Assembly: GCA_964016885.1 (NCBI GenBank)
Contig: OZ024740.1
Span: 84,320,001 to 84,384,000 of the forward strand
Length of the DNA stretch: 64,000 nt
Origin: Eledone cirrhosa
Lineage: Eukaryota
Direction: 5' to 3'
Shown: positions 13,983 through 29,584 of the stretch, piece after piece
Numbering within the stretch: the stretch's first letter is position 1
Layout: every line of letters begins with the position of its first letter
The notes under the pieces: generated by a model
Seen by the model: the letters and a program-made list of their open reading frames with translations, nothing else
Told to the model about the DNA's origin: nothing
Databases searched by the model: none
Position numbers and translations under genes: made by a program

Positions 13983-14025
13983 GTCACTGAAGTAGTCACA
14001 GAATGTGTAATGAAAGAACTTTGAC
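13983..14025 (+). ncRNA. Degenerate hammerhead in the PLE 3' pseudo-LTR
   Basis: GTCA-CTGAAGT-AGTCAC-AGAAT-GTGTAAT-GAAA-GAAC-TT-TGAC. Stem I GTCA/TGAC is perfect, while the core and stem II are imperfect. Confidence 0.45.
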
Positions 14026-14233
14026 AATATATGAACAACCATCCGGTTGTGGAACCAACCAACCAACCGGAAATTTATAATAAATTGAAGTGAAAGCAAC
14101 TGGTGCGTGTGTTTCTTATTGGCAACATGACCGTCCCAAAGTATAACAATATCTGTTTCAACACACGTTTTCAGATAAAGAATCTTGCTAAACAAATTCA
14201 GAAACGAAATATATATATATATATATATATATA

Positions 14234-15227
<994 letters not shown>

Positions 15228-18200
15228 TCTTGGGTATGACATTAAACTACATCCAGTGGCAAGGCTCCAGTTCGGGAGTTCAGGAGATGTGGGGAATATG
15301 GAGTTACCCCTTAGTTGTCATGACTCCCAGGTCTGCCCTGGCCCGGGGTGGTAGTACCTGTTAGGGCTCCATTTATGGGTTAAATAACTACCTTATTCGA
15401 GTGGCGCCGGTAAGGTATTGTCAGCCATTGAAAAGAAATATGGAGAGTCGATCTAACAGCACTAGGGTTAGAGCCCCTAATTACACTGTCAAGGAGCAGC
15501 CTGGTCGTTATGACTCTGCTGGCTTAGAGCCACAGAGAGGGCCAGTGGATGATGGATCAGCTGTCTCTGAGACAAATATAAAGAATGCAGTTTTGTCCTG
15601 CAGAAGAGCCATCAAAATGGGCACTTTGAATGTGAGGACTATTCGAACGCTGGAGAAGAGAGAGGAGTTGGGACATCTGTTTGAGGAGAGTGGTATACAG
15701 ATACTTGCGATCCAAGAACACAGGATTCTACACGATGAGCCCGTGAGGAGTGTGATGATCGGGAGGAAGAGCCAGCTCATCACTACATCGGCAGTGAAGA
15801 ACACAACAAATGCTGCAGTAGGAGGAGTGGGTTTTGTGTTCAGTGCAAAAACCAAACTGTTGGTGAGGGAAATAATGCCTATCTCCCCGTGAGTGTTGAG
15901 GGTGACCTTCAATGGAAACCCAAGACTGACAGTCATCTCAGCCTATAGTCCAACCGAGGGGGACAGTGATGTGAATGCCGAGGAGTTCCATGAGGAAGTG
16001 TGTAGAGCTGTCAACACCACTCAGGCACACAATATCCTACTTGTTTTGGGGGACTTCAATGCACATCTGAGTAAGGAGGGCAGTGAAGATCCTTGCTGGT
16101 ACTTCCATAACAACACCAACCGAAATGGAAGACTACTGAGAGACACCCTGCTGGAGGCGAACTTGATAGCGACCAACCTAAGGTTTAGGAAGAATCTGGG
16201 GAAGATGTGGACCTACATCTCAGATATGCACCTGTCCAAGTCCCAGATTGATTTCATTCTGGTGAGGAAAAAGTGGCGGAATAGTGTTCTGAACACGGAA
16301 CCATACAGCTATTTCAGTACACTGGGTAGTGACCACCGGCTTGTTATGAGTGAGGTCCGCGTGAGCTTAAGAAAGAGCAAGGCTCAGCCCCGGAGAACAA
16401 TCTATGACTGGGGAGCTTTCAAGGAAGATGATAAGCTACAGGAGAGGTTCACAGTGGAAGTGAGAAACAGGTTTAGTGCTCTGTGTGGAGAGTCAGAGGA
16501 GAGAGAGATTGGATGGACTGAGGAGAGTGTGACGAGGAGGTACGGCCACTTCACCAATGCAGTGGCGAAAGCAAGTGAAACCCTGGTGCCGAGGAAAAGG
16601 AACAAAGGGAAGCACGTCAGCTCTGCAGACCCAAAAGTGTGTGCAGCCAGAGAACACCTGAAAGCTGCCAGGGACCAATTCTATGCTGATCCTACGGAGG
16701 AGAGGATGGAGACTGTGGAGGTGATGAGGGAAGAGCTCTGTACCGCTTACACTGAGGTCAGAGAGGAGGCACTGATAGAGAAGATCAGAAGTGTGGAGAG
16801 AGCGGTTGACAGATCTGGATGTAAGGAGAGCTGGATGATCATCAACGAGATCACAGGGAGGAAGAAAAGGTGTTCGAGTCAGATCCAGGGAACGGGGCCC
16901 GAGGATAGGAAGAGGAAATGGCTAGACCATTTTAGGACCCTACTAGGAGAGCCACCCTCCACAGCCCAGAGCACTGGGGAGATCAGGTGGCTGTTTGAGG
17001 AACTGGATGTTGAGACAGAGCCCTTCACCAGAGAGGAGCTTCAGAGAGCCAAGAAGAAGATCAAGGAGGGCAAGGCTCATGGAGAAGATGGAGTGGCATC
17101 AGAGGTGATGAAGTGGTGTGATTTTGATGATATCATCCTGGGGTTCTGTAACGGGGCACTGGAGAAAGGAGTTGCCCCGAATCAGTGGAGGAGCAGTAAC
17201 ATCGTCCCAGTGCCAAAGAAGGGAGATCTCTCTAACACCAACAACTACCGGGGGATCTCACTGACGTCACTTGTGGCAAAGACCCTCAACAGGATGATTC
17301 TTAACAGGATCCAGCCTGAGATGGAGAAGAAGCTCAGGGACAACCAGAACGGCTTCAGAGAGGGTAGATCAACCACCAGTCACATCCTGATGCTGAGGAG
17401 GATATTAAAGGGAGCTAGAGCAAAGTGCCTTCCTGCGGTCATGGTTTTCATTGACTTTAGGAAGGCCTTTGATTCTGTGGACCGTTACTGCCTGATGAAG
17501 ATCTTACAGGCTTATGCAATCCCCAAGAGGATAGTGGACCTGATATCACTGCTCTACACCAACACCAAAGCCCAAGTCATTACACCTGATGGGATGACAG
17601 AGTTCTTTGAGATACTGGCTGGAGTGCTCCAGGGAGATACATTGGCTCCCTACCTTTTTATCATCGTAGTGGACTATTGTATGCGCCTTGCACTGGAGAA
17701 ACACCAGGACTCTGGCTTTACTGTAGCACCGGCTCAGAGCAGGAGAGTTGGGGCGAAAAAGGTATCGGATGCTGAATTTGCCGACGACATAGTTTTGGTG
17801 ACAAATACAGTGAAGGAGGCAGAGGATTTGATGCGGGAGGTTGAGACTGTGTCGATGAGTGTGGGGCTGAGAATGAATGAAACTAAAACAAAATATCTGG
17901 TAGAGAATGTTGAGAAGCCAGAGGGGATCACTAATGTAGGCGGGAAGCCGCTGGAATTGGTTGAGGACTTCCTGTATTTGGGAGCAAAGATTGGGAATAC
18001 GGAAGATGATGTGGTTGAGAGGAAGAGCAAGGCCTGGGCGGCGTGCCACAGCTTGAGATCGGTGTGGAAGTCGGACCTTCGTGAAGACCTGAAAATCCGC
18101 CTCTTCATTGCTGTAGTGGAGTCTGTGCTGCTGTATGGGTCTGAGACTTGGACACTGACCAAGAGACTCACTCAGATGGTGGATGGGTGCTACACGAGAA

Positions 18201-18535
18201 TGCTGAGGATGGCTCTGAACATTAATCAGTATACACTGAGGATGAAAAACTCAGAGCTGTATGGGAGCCTCCCAAAAGTCAGCTCAAAAGTGACACAGAG
18301 GAGACTGAGGTTGGCTGGACATGCTCACCGACATCCAGAGTTGAAATTGCACTCAGTGCTCCTTTGGGAGCCCCTACATGGACACACTGGAAGAGGAAGA
18401 CCAAGGTTAACATATGTTGATGCCCTAAGGACAGACACTGGTCTGTTGGAGACGCAGGACATGGCAGCGATAATGAGGGACAGAGACCGCTGGAGAGAAC
18501 TCGTCCATGGATCTCGGGAATTTTATCCGCCTTAG
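15228..18535 (+). mobile_element. Near full-length RTE-clade LINE
   Basis: 5' UTR, APE endonuclease (GTLNVRT, LAIQEHR, LGDFNA, QIDFIL, SDHRLV), RT (NYRGISL, FIDFRKAFD, GVLQGD, FADD) and RTE C-terminus (RLRLAGH...RGRPRLTY). Possible 14-bp low-complexity TSD ACACATATATATAT at 15214-15227 and 18536-18549. Confidence 0.95.
15440..18535 (+). pseudogene. APE endonuclease-reverse transcriptase ORF (~1030 codons) with a single in-frame TGA at 15890-15892
   Basis: ORFs 15401-15892 and 15893-18535 are contiguous and in the same frame. The context ISP*VLRV suggests CGA>TGA. Confidence 0.9.
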
Positions 18536-18576
18536 ACACATATATATATACACATATATATACACATATATACACA

Positions 18577-18663
<87 letters not shown>

Positions 18664-19415
18664 GTATATGTGTGTGTGTGTGTGTGTGTGTATGTGTGTG
18701 TGTATATATGTGTGTATGTATATATATGTGTATATATATATGTGTGTGTGTGTGTGTATATGTTTATGTATGTGTATATATATATATATGTGTGTGTGTG
18801 TATTTGTATGTGTGTATATATATATATATGTATATATATGTGTATGTGTGTGTATATATATATGTATATATGTGTGTATATATATATATGTATATATATA
18901 TATGTCTGTGTGTGTGTGGGTGTGGGTGTGTCTGTCGGCGCCTGGAATATGGCTTAGGAGAAATTTGCAGATAATGATATGATAGGCGCCCAGTATTTTG
19001 AACAGGTTTATAGAGTTCTCTTGGCCTTTGTCACTCTAGGTGGAGCTTTAAGGAACTGGCTTTTGAAGAATTTCCCTTTTTTTTTGATCCGTCCACCATG
19101 GCCGGCCCCCATTGTTCTTATGGACACCTGAAATATGACCATTGTTAGCTTAAGAGAAACTTAAAAATAGGGAGTCGCACCTCATTCTGGACTTGATTGT
19201 GGAGTTCTTTCTGCCTTTGTCACTCTAAATATAAGAGTTGGCTTTTGGTGGATTCCCTTTTCTTTCTACCAATGGCCTCTACCCATCCCACTCCCAGCCC
19301 TCTCCTGCCAAAGGGATGTAAATACCACAACATTTAATTTTGGAAAGCCAGATTCCTGATGATTTCTAAAGAATGAAACAGTTCTAGTCCTGTAGAATCT
19401 CATCTATATTAAAAG
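18536..19415 (+). mobile_element. Right arm of the fold-back element
   Basis: Inverted partner of 14310-15227. Ends in (TA)n. Confidence 0.85.
19350..19400 (+). ncRNA. Type I hammerhead ribozyme
   Basis: AGATTC-CTGATGA-T-TTC-TAAA-GAA-T-GAAA-CAG-TTCTAGTC-CTG-TA-GAATCT. Perfect 6-bp stem I; GUA cleavage predicted after 19394. Confidence 0.85.
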
Positions 19416-19536
19416 TATATATATATATATATATATATATAATAGTGAAAGAGTGAAGAATAACATGGTCAACAGAACAAAAAGGGTTTTATTCACAACC
19501 TCTAACTGGATTACCTATAACGATAACTTGTTATTC

Positions 19537-19703
<167 letters not shown>

Positions 19704-19712
19704 CTTGGTCAG

Positions 19713-19853
<141 letters not shown>

Positions 19854-19854
19854 A

Positions 19855-20235
19855 CTCACTCAGATGGTGGATGGGTGCTACATGAGAATGCTGAGGATGG
19901 CTCTGAACATTAATCAGTATACACTGAGGATGAAAAAATCAGACCTGCATGGGAGCATCCCAAAAGTCAGCTCAAAAGTGACACAGAGGAGACTGAGGTT
20001 AGCTGGACATGCTCACCGACATCCAGAGTTGACATTGCAGTCAGTGCTCCTTTGGGAGCCCCTACATGGACACACTAGAAGAGGAAGACCAAGGTTAACG
20101 TATGTTGATGCCCTAAGGACAGACACTGGTCTGTTAGAGACGCAGGACATGGCAGCGATAATGAGGGACAGAGACCGCTGGAGAGAACTCGTCCATGGAT
20201 CTCGGGAATTTTACCCGCCTTAGAATAGAATAGAA
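19855..20235 (+). mobile_element. 5'-truncated copy of the same RTE LINE
   Basis: Nearly identical to 18166-18535 (MVDGCY.RMLRMAL...REFYPP*), with a short (AATAG)n tail. Confidence 0.95.
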
Positions 20236-21343
20236 TATATATATATATAGAAATAATAATAAATTTGAAGACTAAAATCCAAAGAGGGCTCGATAAGGAT
20301 AAATATATATCAAATATATAAGAACCGTAGAGCAAATATTTATTAAAATAACAGATTAAAGTTTAAGCAAAGAATCGCTGCTTTCACCCTTAACGGGATC
20401 TTCTGAAACTAGTAAAGTCAATCTGTAAACGCAGAAGTGTATATTTCAAAAAACGTTGCAACCAGAGGAAGACAGGAAGACGATACTTTGGTTCGTGGAA
20501 ACGTTCCCTGGCAAAGAACGGGAAAAAACGAATATAATACGTCATAAATAGAAGCGGTGAAAAACAATTACACGCAAAGACGGAACCACGTTTATGGTAT
20601 AAAAGAAGTCGTAGACTAATATTCTCTTAGGTGGTTCATAGAGACGTTCTCTGGCAATGGCGGGAAAAAAACGAAGATAATACGTCATATGTGGAGCGTG
20701 GAGAACAATTGCACGCAAAGACAAAACCACGTAAATGGTATAGCTGAAGTCGTAGACTAAAATTCTAACAAGGAAACCGAATGATTCTCCGCTTCATAGT
20801 TAATAATAAAGTAAATAAAATACAATACAGAGGTAATTGATATTAAATAAATACATACACGCTTCCAAATACGTTCATACACAGGCTACGCGAAAACACT
20901 CGCCTTAGGTATACAAACCACGCACATATAAAAATGTGTGTGTGTGTATACAAATAAATAAGTAATTAAATAAACGTATATAAATAAATATATACGTATA
21001 TAACAAGCGCACACACATACCTACATGTAAATACACAAATGTTCGGAGACAACGTCAACCAAAACATGAAATACACATATACACACACCCAACATACGTA
21101 CGAACCCGCATACTCACACACACGCAAAACTCCCGTATACACATAACCAAAAGCATATGTACCAGAATATATAAAAGAATATACGCCATAACATATACAA
21201 TCAAATACACGAACGAGATAGTATACGTACCTTCACAAAACATACAAGTAATATATACTTACCTATGCAAATAAGTAATGGTATAAACATAACATATACT
21301 TAGCTACCACATCAAGACGTAAAATATCCCCGTATAGATCGTA

Positions 21344-22060
21344 CTAACCATTAGGGTATAATGTGGGGCTGTAATACAGGAAAGTTTTGTGCAATTTATG
21401 TTTACAAGCCGAAATTGCCTCAGATTTTTTGTTTAAGATGTGGTCTGTGGCGTAGAGTATTTCCAGGGCCTCAGCGGCGCAGAGCTCACATGGTCTTTTA
21501 TTTCCGTTATACGATCTAGCCCAAGCTAGGATCTCCCAGTGTAACTTATATTGGGTGTGGTTGTCTTTTAGACTCCAGATATAAGCTGAAAGTGACGTCA
21601 TATTCCTTCTTAGAGGGTAACGAAAAGAATGAGTATGCATGTAAAGATGCTGCTTGAATCTATTGGCGGTTAACCCTACGTAGGCCCTACGGGACGTGGG
21701 TGTTTCAACCTTACATTTGTAGACAATGTTACTAGAGACGCATTTCCCGGATAGGGGGCAATCAACCCGATTCCTACAATTACAGTTAGTACTAACTACA
21801 GGGTTGCACGTGTTCCTACGGCAAGGTGGTTTAGCAAAATTTGAAGCTGTGATGTTATGTGCAAGGTTAGGAGTCGTAGAGTAAGACATTTTAATAGTAT
21901 TTCTATTAAAAATGTTACTATATTTGTGTGTAGGGGGAAAATGCTTCGTAATAAGGGATAGAAAGATCTTAGCTAATGGTGTGGCCACCTCCATATTATA
22001 TGGTGGGTTATACCATATAATGCGATGGGATCTATTTCTTCTAGGTCTATTCTCGTACTC
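21344..22060 (-). pseudogene. PLE C-terminal linker + GIY-YIG endonuclease (truncated)
   Basis: IIWYNPPY...KHFPPTHKYSNIFNRNTIKMSYS...CNCRNRVDCPLSGKC..NIVYKCKV..AYVGLT..FK..H..SF..LSAYIWSLKD..CELCAAE. Confidence 0.85.
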
Positions 22061-22658
22061 TGTATATGCTACCTTATCGACAAATCCATTTATTTAATTA
22101 CTTATTTATTTGTATACACACACACACACACACATATTTATATGTGCGTGGTTTGTATACCTATAGCGGGTGTTTTCGTGTATGCCTGTGTATGTACGTT
22201 TTTGGATGCGTGTATGTATTTATTTAATATCAATTACCTCTGTATTGTATTTTATTTACTTTATTCTTAACTCTGAAGCGGAGAATTATTCGGTTTCATT
22301 GTTAGAATTTTAGTCTACGACTTCAGCTATACCATTTACGTGGTTTTGTCTTTGCGTGCAATTGTTCTCCACGCTCCACATATAACGTATTATCTTCGTT
22401 TTTTTTCGTTCATTGCAAGAGAACGTCTCTATGAACCACCTAAGGGAACATTAGTCTACGACTTATTTTATACCATAAACGTGGTTCTGTCTTTGCGTGT
22501 AATTGTTTTTCACCGCTCCTATTAATGACATATTATATTCGTTTTTCCCCGTTCTTTGCCAGGGAACGTTTCCACGAACCAAAGTATCGTCTTCCTGTCT
22601 TCCTCCGGTTGCAACGTTTTTTGAAATATCCACTTCTGCGTTTACATAAAACTTTGTT

Positions 22659-22709
22659 AGTTTCAGAAGATCCCGTTAAGGGTGAAAGCAGCGATTCTTT
22701 GCTTAAACT
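22659..22709 (+). ncRNA. Hammerhead variant (CAGAAGA core) in the pseudo-LTR; second copy at 20360-20410 on minus
   Basis: AGTTT-CAGAAGA-T-CCC-GTTAA-GGG-T-GAAA-GCA-GCGATTCTT-TGC-TT-AAACT. All three stems pair, and U4>A is present in both copies. Confidence 0.6.
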
Positions 22710-22725
22710 TTAATCTGTTATTTTA

Positions 22726-23330
<605 letters not shown>

Positions 23331-23351
23331 AATTGTTTATATATTTTTTTA

Positions 23352-23566
23352 AGGAACGATCGACTTTCGTCAAATCGGACCGAGGAAACAATGTTTCCGT
23401 TGGTCTTTCCAATTGCTAGTACTATCTATCGGTCGCAACTTCAGGTAGAAGGAGCGACGTGAAATAAAGTGTCTTGCTCAAGGACATAACGCATCGCCTG
23501 GTCCAGGAATCGAACTCACAAACTTTCGATTGCGAATCCAATTCTCTAACCGCTCAGCCACACGCC
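23352..23566 (-). mobile_element. tRNA-derived SINE with CORE/Meta-like domain (family B)
   Basis: Minus strand: A-box TGGCTGAGCGG, B-box GAGTTCGATTCC, then TGTCCTTGAGCAAGACACTT. Partial copy at 37098-37240. Confidence 0.75.
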
Positions 23567-23573
23567 TTCACAT

Positions 23574-23608
<35 letters not shown>

Positions 23609-23901
23609 AATGTAAGTCCATAGAATCATTTCATAAAATATATACAGTATTTCTTCTCCCAATCAGCAAAATTAACCACACAAAAATCAATTAAACGAGG
23701 CTATAAATTTAAAATGTACCTATGAAAAAACAATAGCTAAATAAATGATAGCTATTTTATCCGCGATCAACAGCCGCAGAAGATTTACCTAGTATTTCTA
23801 ATATCCCGATTAGACATATAGCCAACTGATTAGACATATAGCCAACCATACACAATTAGGGACAAAATCAAAGTTAGAAGAAAAAATATACATAAACATA
23901 C

Positions 23902-23940
<39 letters not shown>

Positions 23941-23945
<5 letters not shown>

Positions 23946-24200
23946 ATACTTCGGGAGGGTCATATTGTTGTAATAATATTGCCAGAATTAATAACAGTAA
24001 TAACAGAGAACACACTCACTGTTTGGTTGGTTTTCGCTTTTGTATATCAGTTAATTCATTCGGTCCTCAATGCTTACCATTGACTGACCAACGGTCAAAA
24101 ATACAGATATAATATAGATATAAACACATATATATAGTCTAACAAGTTCTTTCGTTGCACATCTGCAACATCTCAGCGATGTTATTATGTTCCTCCTGTT
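23941..24200 (-). mobile_element. PLE pseudo-LTR remnant (same end family as 386-496 and 14.1 kb)
   Basis: TTGTTATACTTCGGGAGGGTCAT terminus. Degenerate hammerhead on minus 24141-24178 (CTGAGAT-GTTGCA-GATG-TGCAAC-GAAA-GAAC-TT). The inner boundary is uncertain. Confidence 0.55.
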
Positions 24201-27200
24201 GCATTGTATATTTACGCCATCTTTATTTAATCTGTTTAATTATTTATTTATTTATTTATTTATTTTTGTCTTCTTCTCTCCGCATGCGTTTACATATATG
24301 TCCCTATTCCCCTTCTTTTTATGTTTCTCTGTTTGATCGGGAGTAGATGTCTTTTCTTTATGTCCACCGCCGATATAATTCAACTGACGAAAGTCAAACT
24401 TTTTCCATTTTCTCTGTGTTGAGATGTTGCACAAGTTACATACTATATCCGTTGTCTATTTATTTCTAGTCATAATTTATAAGTATATATCTCTATGTTT
24501 GCTGAATTCATCTTTGTTTTGTTATCATCTTACATGCATCATACCAACAGATCGTTTCTGTAATATATTGCTCGAACTGGCCTTACAAGTACAATACCAC
24601 CTTAAAACACGAAGTTGCCCGCAAGGGAGATGGTTGACGAAATAAGGATCCAGTTTTCTGTTTGTCTTATGTAAGTGTGTGCATTTTTTCTGATATTATT
24701 AGGATATATACAATGCTATCACGCTACCGTTTTTCCATAATCTGCTGTTTTTATTCGCGTGACACTCTCATCTATTTTCTTTTAGTTCTCAACCTACTCT
24801 CTTTCTCTCCCTCTCTCTCACTCTCTTTGTTCCTCTTTTCCCCTTGCTCTCCTCTTTGTTCTCCTTTTTGTTCTCCTCTTCCCCTCCCTCCTTTTTTTCT
24901 CTCATCTTTTTTCTCCCTTTTCCCTTTAGCCCATCATTCCTTCTTTGATACGTAGCAGATAATCATTTCTTTAGCTCCTCGAACCAAGGTGATTCTTCTG
25001 TTGAAAGTCAAAAGATGTCAATTTTTCCAACATTAACGTGTTTATTATTTTACATACTAAACTCATAGTTTATGTATTTCTAATCATACTTATTGTGTAA
25101 TTATACCTGTTTGGTTGAACGACAGTCGTAAATTCTCCTGTTCACTCCTTGATTTGATTGTATGCTGTGTGCCCTGTATCTCTGGAAATGCACCTACTAA
25201 TCCCCAAGTATTTGTGTTCGGATAAATAGTGATAAATCGAAACCAATCAATGTGGGTGTCGGACTCTACTAATGGTGCGTACTCTCACCTCTCCTGTCCA
25301 TTATTTTCACGAAAAGGATTGACATGAGCAGTCGGGGTGGAAGTGGTATCAGAACTGACAAGTTTAGGATCAGTCGGCTGGTATTTGCAATCGGAATGGT
25401 ATTACTAGTCAGAAAGTGATCTCTGACATGCTCTGGCCGATTAATAATGGTTAAAATAACAGAAAATTTCACCAGCCTCGCTTTGGGGCAAATGATAAGC
25501 ATAACTTTTCGGTAGATGTCAGTTCGATTTCCACAGGTGACACTGTTCACATTTTTCTTTCTCCGGGATCTTATATGATTGCTTACAAAATGGTGAAGGC
25601 ATTGAAAATCCAGCGTCGACCGCTGCACCAGCTCCTAAACTCATGAGACTCTTTCTTCATGCGGGATGCACTCCTCTCAATTTTACTAGGCCTCAGAGGT
25701 GACCGGCACGAAAAGAAATCCGTCGCCTAAGTCCTGGTATTTGGCTATCTTCATCTCCTTCATGTTATGGTTGGCGATGCCTGGGCTTGAAACCGAAGCG
25801 ACTAGATTGGAGGTGGGGAACTTGTTGCAATACACGACGCTCTAGACGTACCTCCCTCGAATCAGAAGAGGGTTATCCCGTCTGTGTACTTCACATCACC
25901 ATCTTCAAGGTTGGCAGGCGCTAGCTGTGATGGAAAACAATGTTCCTCTACTCAGTTTCACTGACAAAGCTTGAGACGACTATTGGTAAATATACATCTA
26001 CAAGATCAAACCCGGGGCATGGTGATAATAAACGACATAGAAGTCTGAACGCAATATTTTATCCGGCTTAACATTTAACCTCTGAAGAAAGAAAGCTTAA
26101 ATTTGTTATAAACTGTGGGTACAGTAACCGATTATATAACATCTAAATATATAATGACATTCTACGAATTGATTATTAAGATTGAAAGCGTTGCAGGTCA
26201 TATGCCCATGACAACAGAAATATACATTGTATTATTCCTTTTATTTAAAATAAATGTATTTGAATCCATACAGATTACTTTGCTTATATAATCATGTATA
26301 TTTAAATCCGAGTATTTGCATGAGATTTAACAGTGGCATGTTATAAGAAAATGTGTACAAAAAAGGGAAAACAAATTTCCTCTCGTTTTGATCATGCCAA
26401 CTCAGACAGAGAAAACTATGGCTTCTTTATAATACATTTAGTGCCGATAACTATCGGGTTAATATATTTCAAAGATGTGAAGAAATGACATTTCTATTTA
26501 TTGTGTCTTTGACCAGGTTGAAAAGAAATAATGCATAACCTCAAGGGTTTTCAATTTAGATTGTGGTGTGCATAATATTCTTGTTATAAATCACAGAAAA
26601 TGTTACTTTATATATTTCTATATATGAAATATTATGGTGTACATGAAACTTAGGCACAAATCACGTTTTCTAACAGATAATTTGACGTATTTTAAATATT
26701 ATAGAGCATACCAAGAAACTGCTGTACAAAGATAGCTGCACATAAGACAGAAGCTATGATCATGGAAAATAGAATCCCGGAAAGAGCTTGCAGTCGAGGA
26801 AAAATGACAGGTCAGGCGGCACTCCAAATTAAACCACAGATCACATATGCCCTGCCTGCAAGTAGTCATTACTTTGTCATTGAACAAACTAAATATCTAC
26901 AGGCACACGAAACCCAATCGAACACGTAGCCAAAGTCATGCTCTTTCCCAATTATCGATGGACGAATAATATGAAACTATTATAATTTATCTCATCTTCA
27001 ATAAAATTCAAGATCACAAATATTTTACACGATAAATTGTTTTCATGAAACATTAACAATTCAGTAAATCAATATTTCCTTAATTTATTATATTTAGTAG
27101 ACTATCAAATTTAAAAGTTATATAATATTAATAAATCGATTCTTATCAGGTAATCTGTTGTTAAACAATCCACTAGAAATTCCAAATATGAATTCCGCAG

Positions 27201-28729
27201 GTATATGTTTGTTTTCTTTCTCTATTTTAATCATATATCGGTATCTTGCAATTACAATATATCATAGAATCAGTTATTAACCTTCGTTATGATTGAGTAT
27301 TGATACTCTCAAAAGGTTTGGTAAGAATAGATAGCTAAGTAAACTATATCAATGTAGAAATTTCCCCGAAACTCAAGTATGTCTTTCATACTTTTATAAA
27401 TTCACTCATTTGGCTAGAGGGCAAAACATTATATTTTGATAGGAAATAGAACGAGATATAATGGTTTTACTTATCATAATGGCATTAGTGCCATGCATGA
27501 AATTAACTTCAAAATATGTTGCCGTTTCGATTTCCTATTAGGTGATTGATTGTCATTCTTCAGTAGTCATCTGACTTATCCACTGAACCTGTTTACCTTC
27601 ACCGGTATTTTAATTTTAGATCTAAAACAATTAGTTATTTTTTCTTTTTGATTTCGCTGTGCTCAGAGGAAATGTAAAACTGGTTCAATAATACACCTTT
27701 TTAAGTATGATGTAAACCCTTATTAACTTTTTGTATTTTGAGGCTTAATATATCTATTAGTAGTCTTGAAAATCAAAGTATTTGTTTAACATATGTAATA
27801 TAGATTTAGTATTAAAATCTTTTTTAACTACCTTTAAAAGCTTGAAAAAAAAAAGATATAGAAAACATGAACTGACTGTGTTGCTAAAAAACATTCCTTA
27901 ATAATTAGAGTATTTTATAAATACATTGTTTTAAAGACTATTCTGTCATCTTAGTGCTTTATTAACAACGCAATAGCTACATCACAGTGAATTAAAATGT
28001 TGGGATATAATGAAATACTAATAACAAGTTGTCTGAATATTTATAGAATAACTGATGGAAATCAGCCGCAATAAATGATATTTAAATTATTAGATATTAG
28101 ATTGAAAAGTAGTAAAACAAAATAATAGAGCTTTCTTCTTTCTTTTTTTTTTTTTTTGTCTTCTTGTGACAGGCATTCGATATTTGGTAAATAACATATG
28201 AGGGACAAAATTAATAATGTGAATATAATTTATATTTTCTACTTTTAAATATTTTCCAGATAACATCCATTAAAATATTTATACTATTTTGCAACGTTGT
28301 GATTTGAATTATTTTATAAACAATTTCTTCAAATAACTTTTATATTTCATGAAATGTTTTATTTTTTAAAGAAAATATTATATGCATTTATAGGGATAGA
28401 AACTGATTCTTATCAAGTATTTAGATTTCATCTGCTGTCTATAATTAAGCAGCTTATATTCAGTAGAATATTTAAGTATACATTATACGTCGAGAGAAAT
28501 AGTACCTGTGTAGAAAAAAACAAATAGTCATCATAAATGAAAAGTAAATTAACTTAGACAATTAGTAAGCCTGCACCTGCAATCATTCAGCTCGACACAG
28601 AATATATAGAATTCTAAAAGATATAGAGAGAAGTCTTACTCGGATATGCCTGTTTCAACAGAAAACAGAAAACGTTTCGTGAAAATATAGCAAGTTTAAT
28701 CTGCTGGGTTTCTGCTCATCAGACCGTAG

Positions 28730-28915
28730 AAGGTATTGGCAGTATCGGTAGAGGTTCGGACGCCATGCTTTCCAGCATAGAGTTACGCCCCTTTATGGTC
28801 TCAGTTCAAATCCCGCCGAGGTTATCTTTGCCTTTCATCATTACGGGGTCGATAAAATAAAGTACCAGTAATGCACTGGATAATTGCTGGCCTTGTGCCA
28901 ATAATAGAAACAATT
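28730..28915 (+). mobile_element. SINE family A
   Basis: TTGGCAGTATCGGTAGAG...AGTTCAAATCCCGCCGAGG...GTCGATAAAATAAAGTACCAG...GGCCTTGTGCC. Confidence 0.8.
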
Positions 28916-29584
28916 ATTTTTCGTTAATTCAACTAACTGATGGCATACGTCTCTATTAAATGTTTAGTAATACATAGAACCACCATGATACAAATTAGTA
29001 ATACATAGAACCACCATGATACAATTTCACAAATCATTTCTTTCCAAATCAAACCCACGTTAACTTGAATGGGAGAATAAATGTAAAGCATATTACATTA
29101 TCAATATACCCATGGTAATGATATGAGGGATGGGATGTCTTTCTTAGAAATCCATTTTCTCGCGTGTACTAAAAACTTTATCAACAACACTGAAAATCTA
29201 ATTTGGGGCTAACGTCGACAATGCATCAGCAATCACTGAAGAGTTAAAATGATTAAAATAGTCTGTTCCTAACAATAACCGTAACACATTGCTAGGCATA
29301 AGTATAATATATGACATGACTAACAAAGGAATCGGAAAAATAAAACCACAAATAAATAAATATGAAAAGCACTGGGAATGCAAATGAAAAAAAGGATAAA
29401 CAATTGGTGTTTTTACAAAGCCTACATGATTTTGTAAGAATAATTGCTTGGGCAATTACAAATAAGATAGATGTGGTTTCCTAACTATAATAGACAGAAG
29501 AGTTACAAAGTATCACTTAAAGACATTCTATCACAATCCTTAATCACAAATATAGCTGAGAAGTTAGGAAAGTACATACATACA

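Larger units (their letters stand above)
12102..14150 (+). mobile_element. Penelope-like retroelement (Naiad-like), 5'-truncated, with ~90-bp inverted terminal copy
   Basis: RT motifs (YAQEEGATIG, YSRYVDDI, LPVLDI), Cys-rich linker and GIY-YIG (NIIYSIRC...*IGETARR..ERLNEH...RQITEAI...LNRKHEWN). Positions 12102-12192 are the reverse complement of ~14055-14147. Confidence 0.85.

Noticed and set aside
15890-15892. Programmed read-through in the RTE ORF
   Set aside because: The position corresponds to a usual Arg (SPR) in APE domains, so a CpG transition is the simpler explanation.
23480-23566. tRNA gene
   Set aside because: It has A and B boxes but continues into a SINE body and lacks a proper cloverleaf.
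26080-26105. CTGAAGA-AA-GAAAGCTTA hammerhead-like string
   Set aside because: There is no stem II and no stem I pairing.
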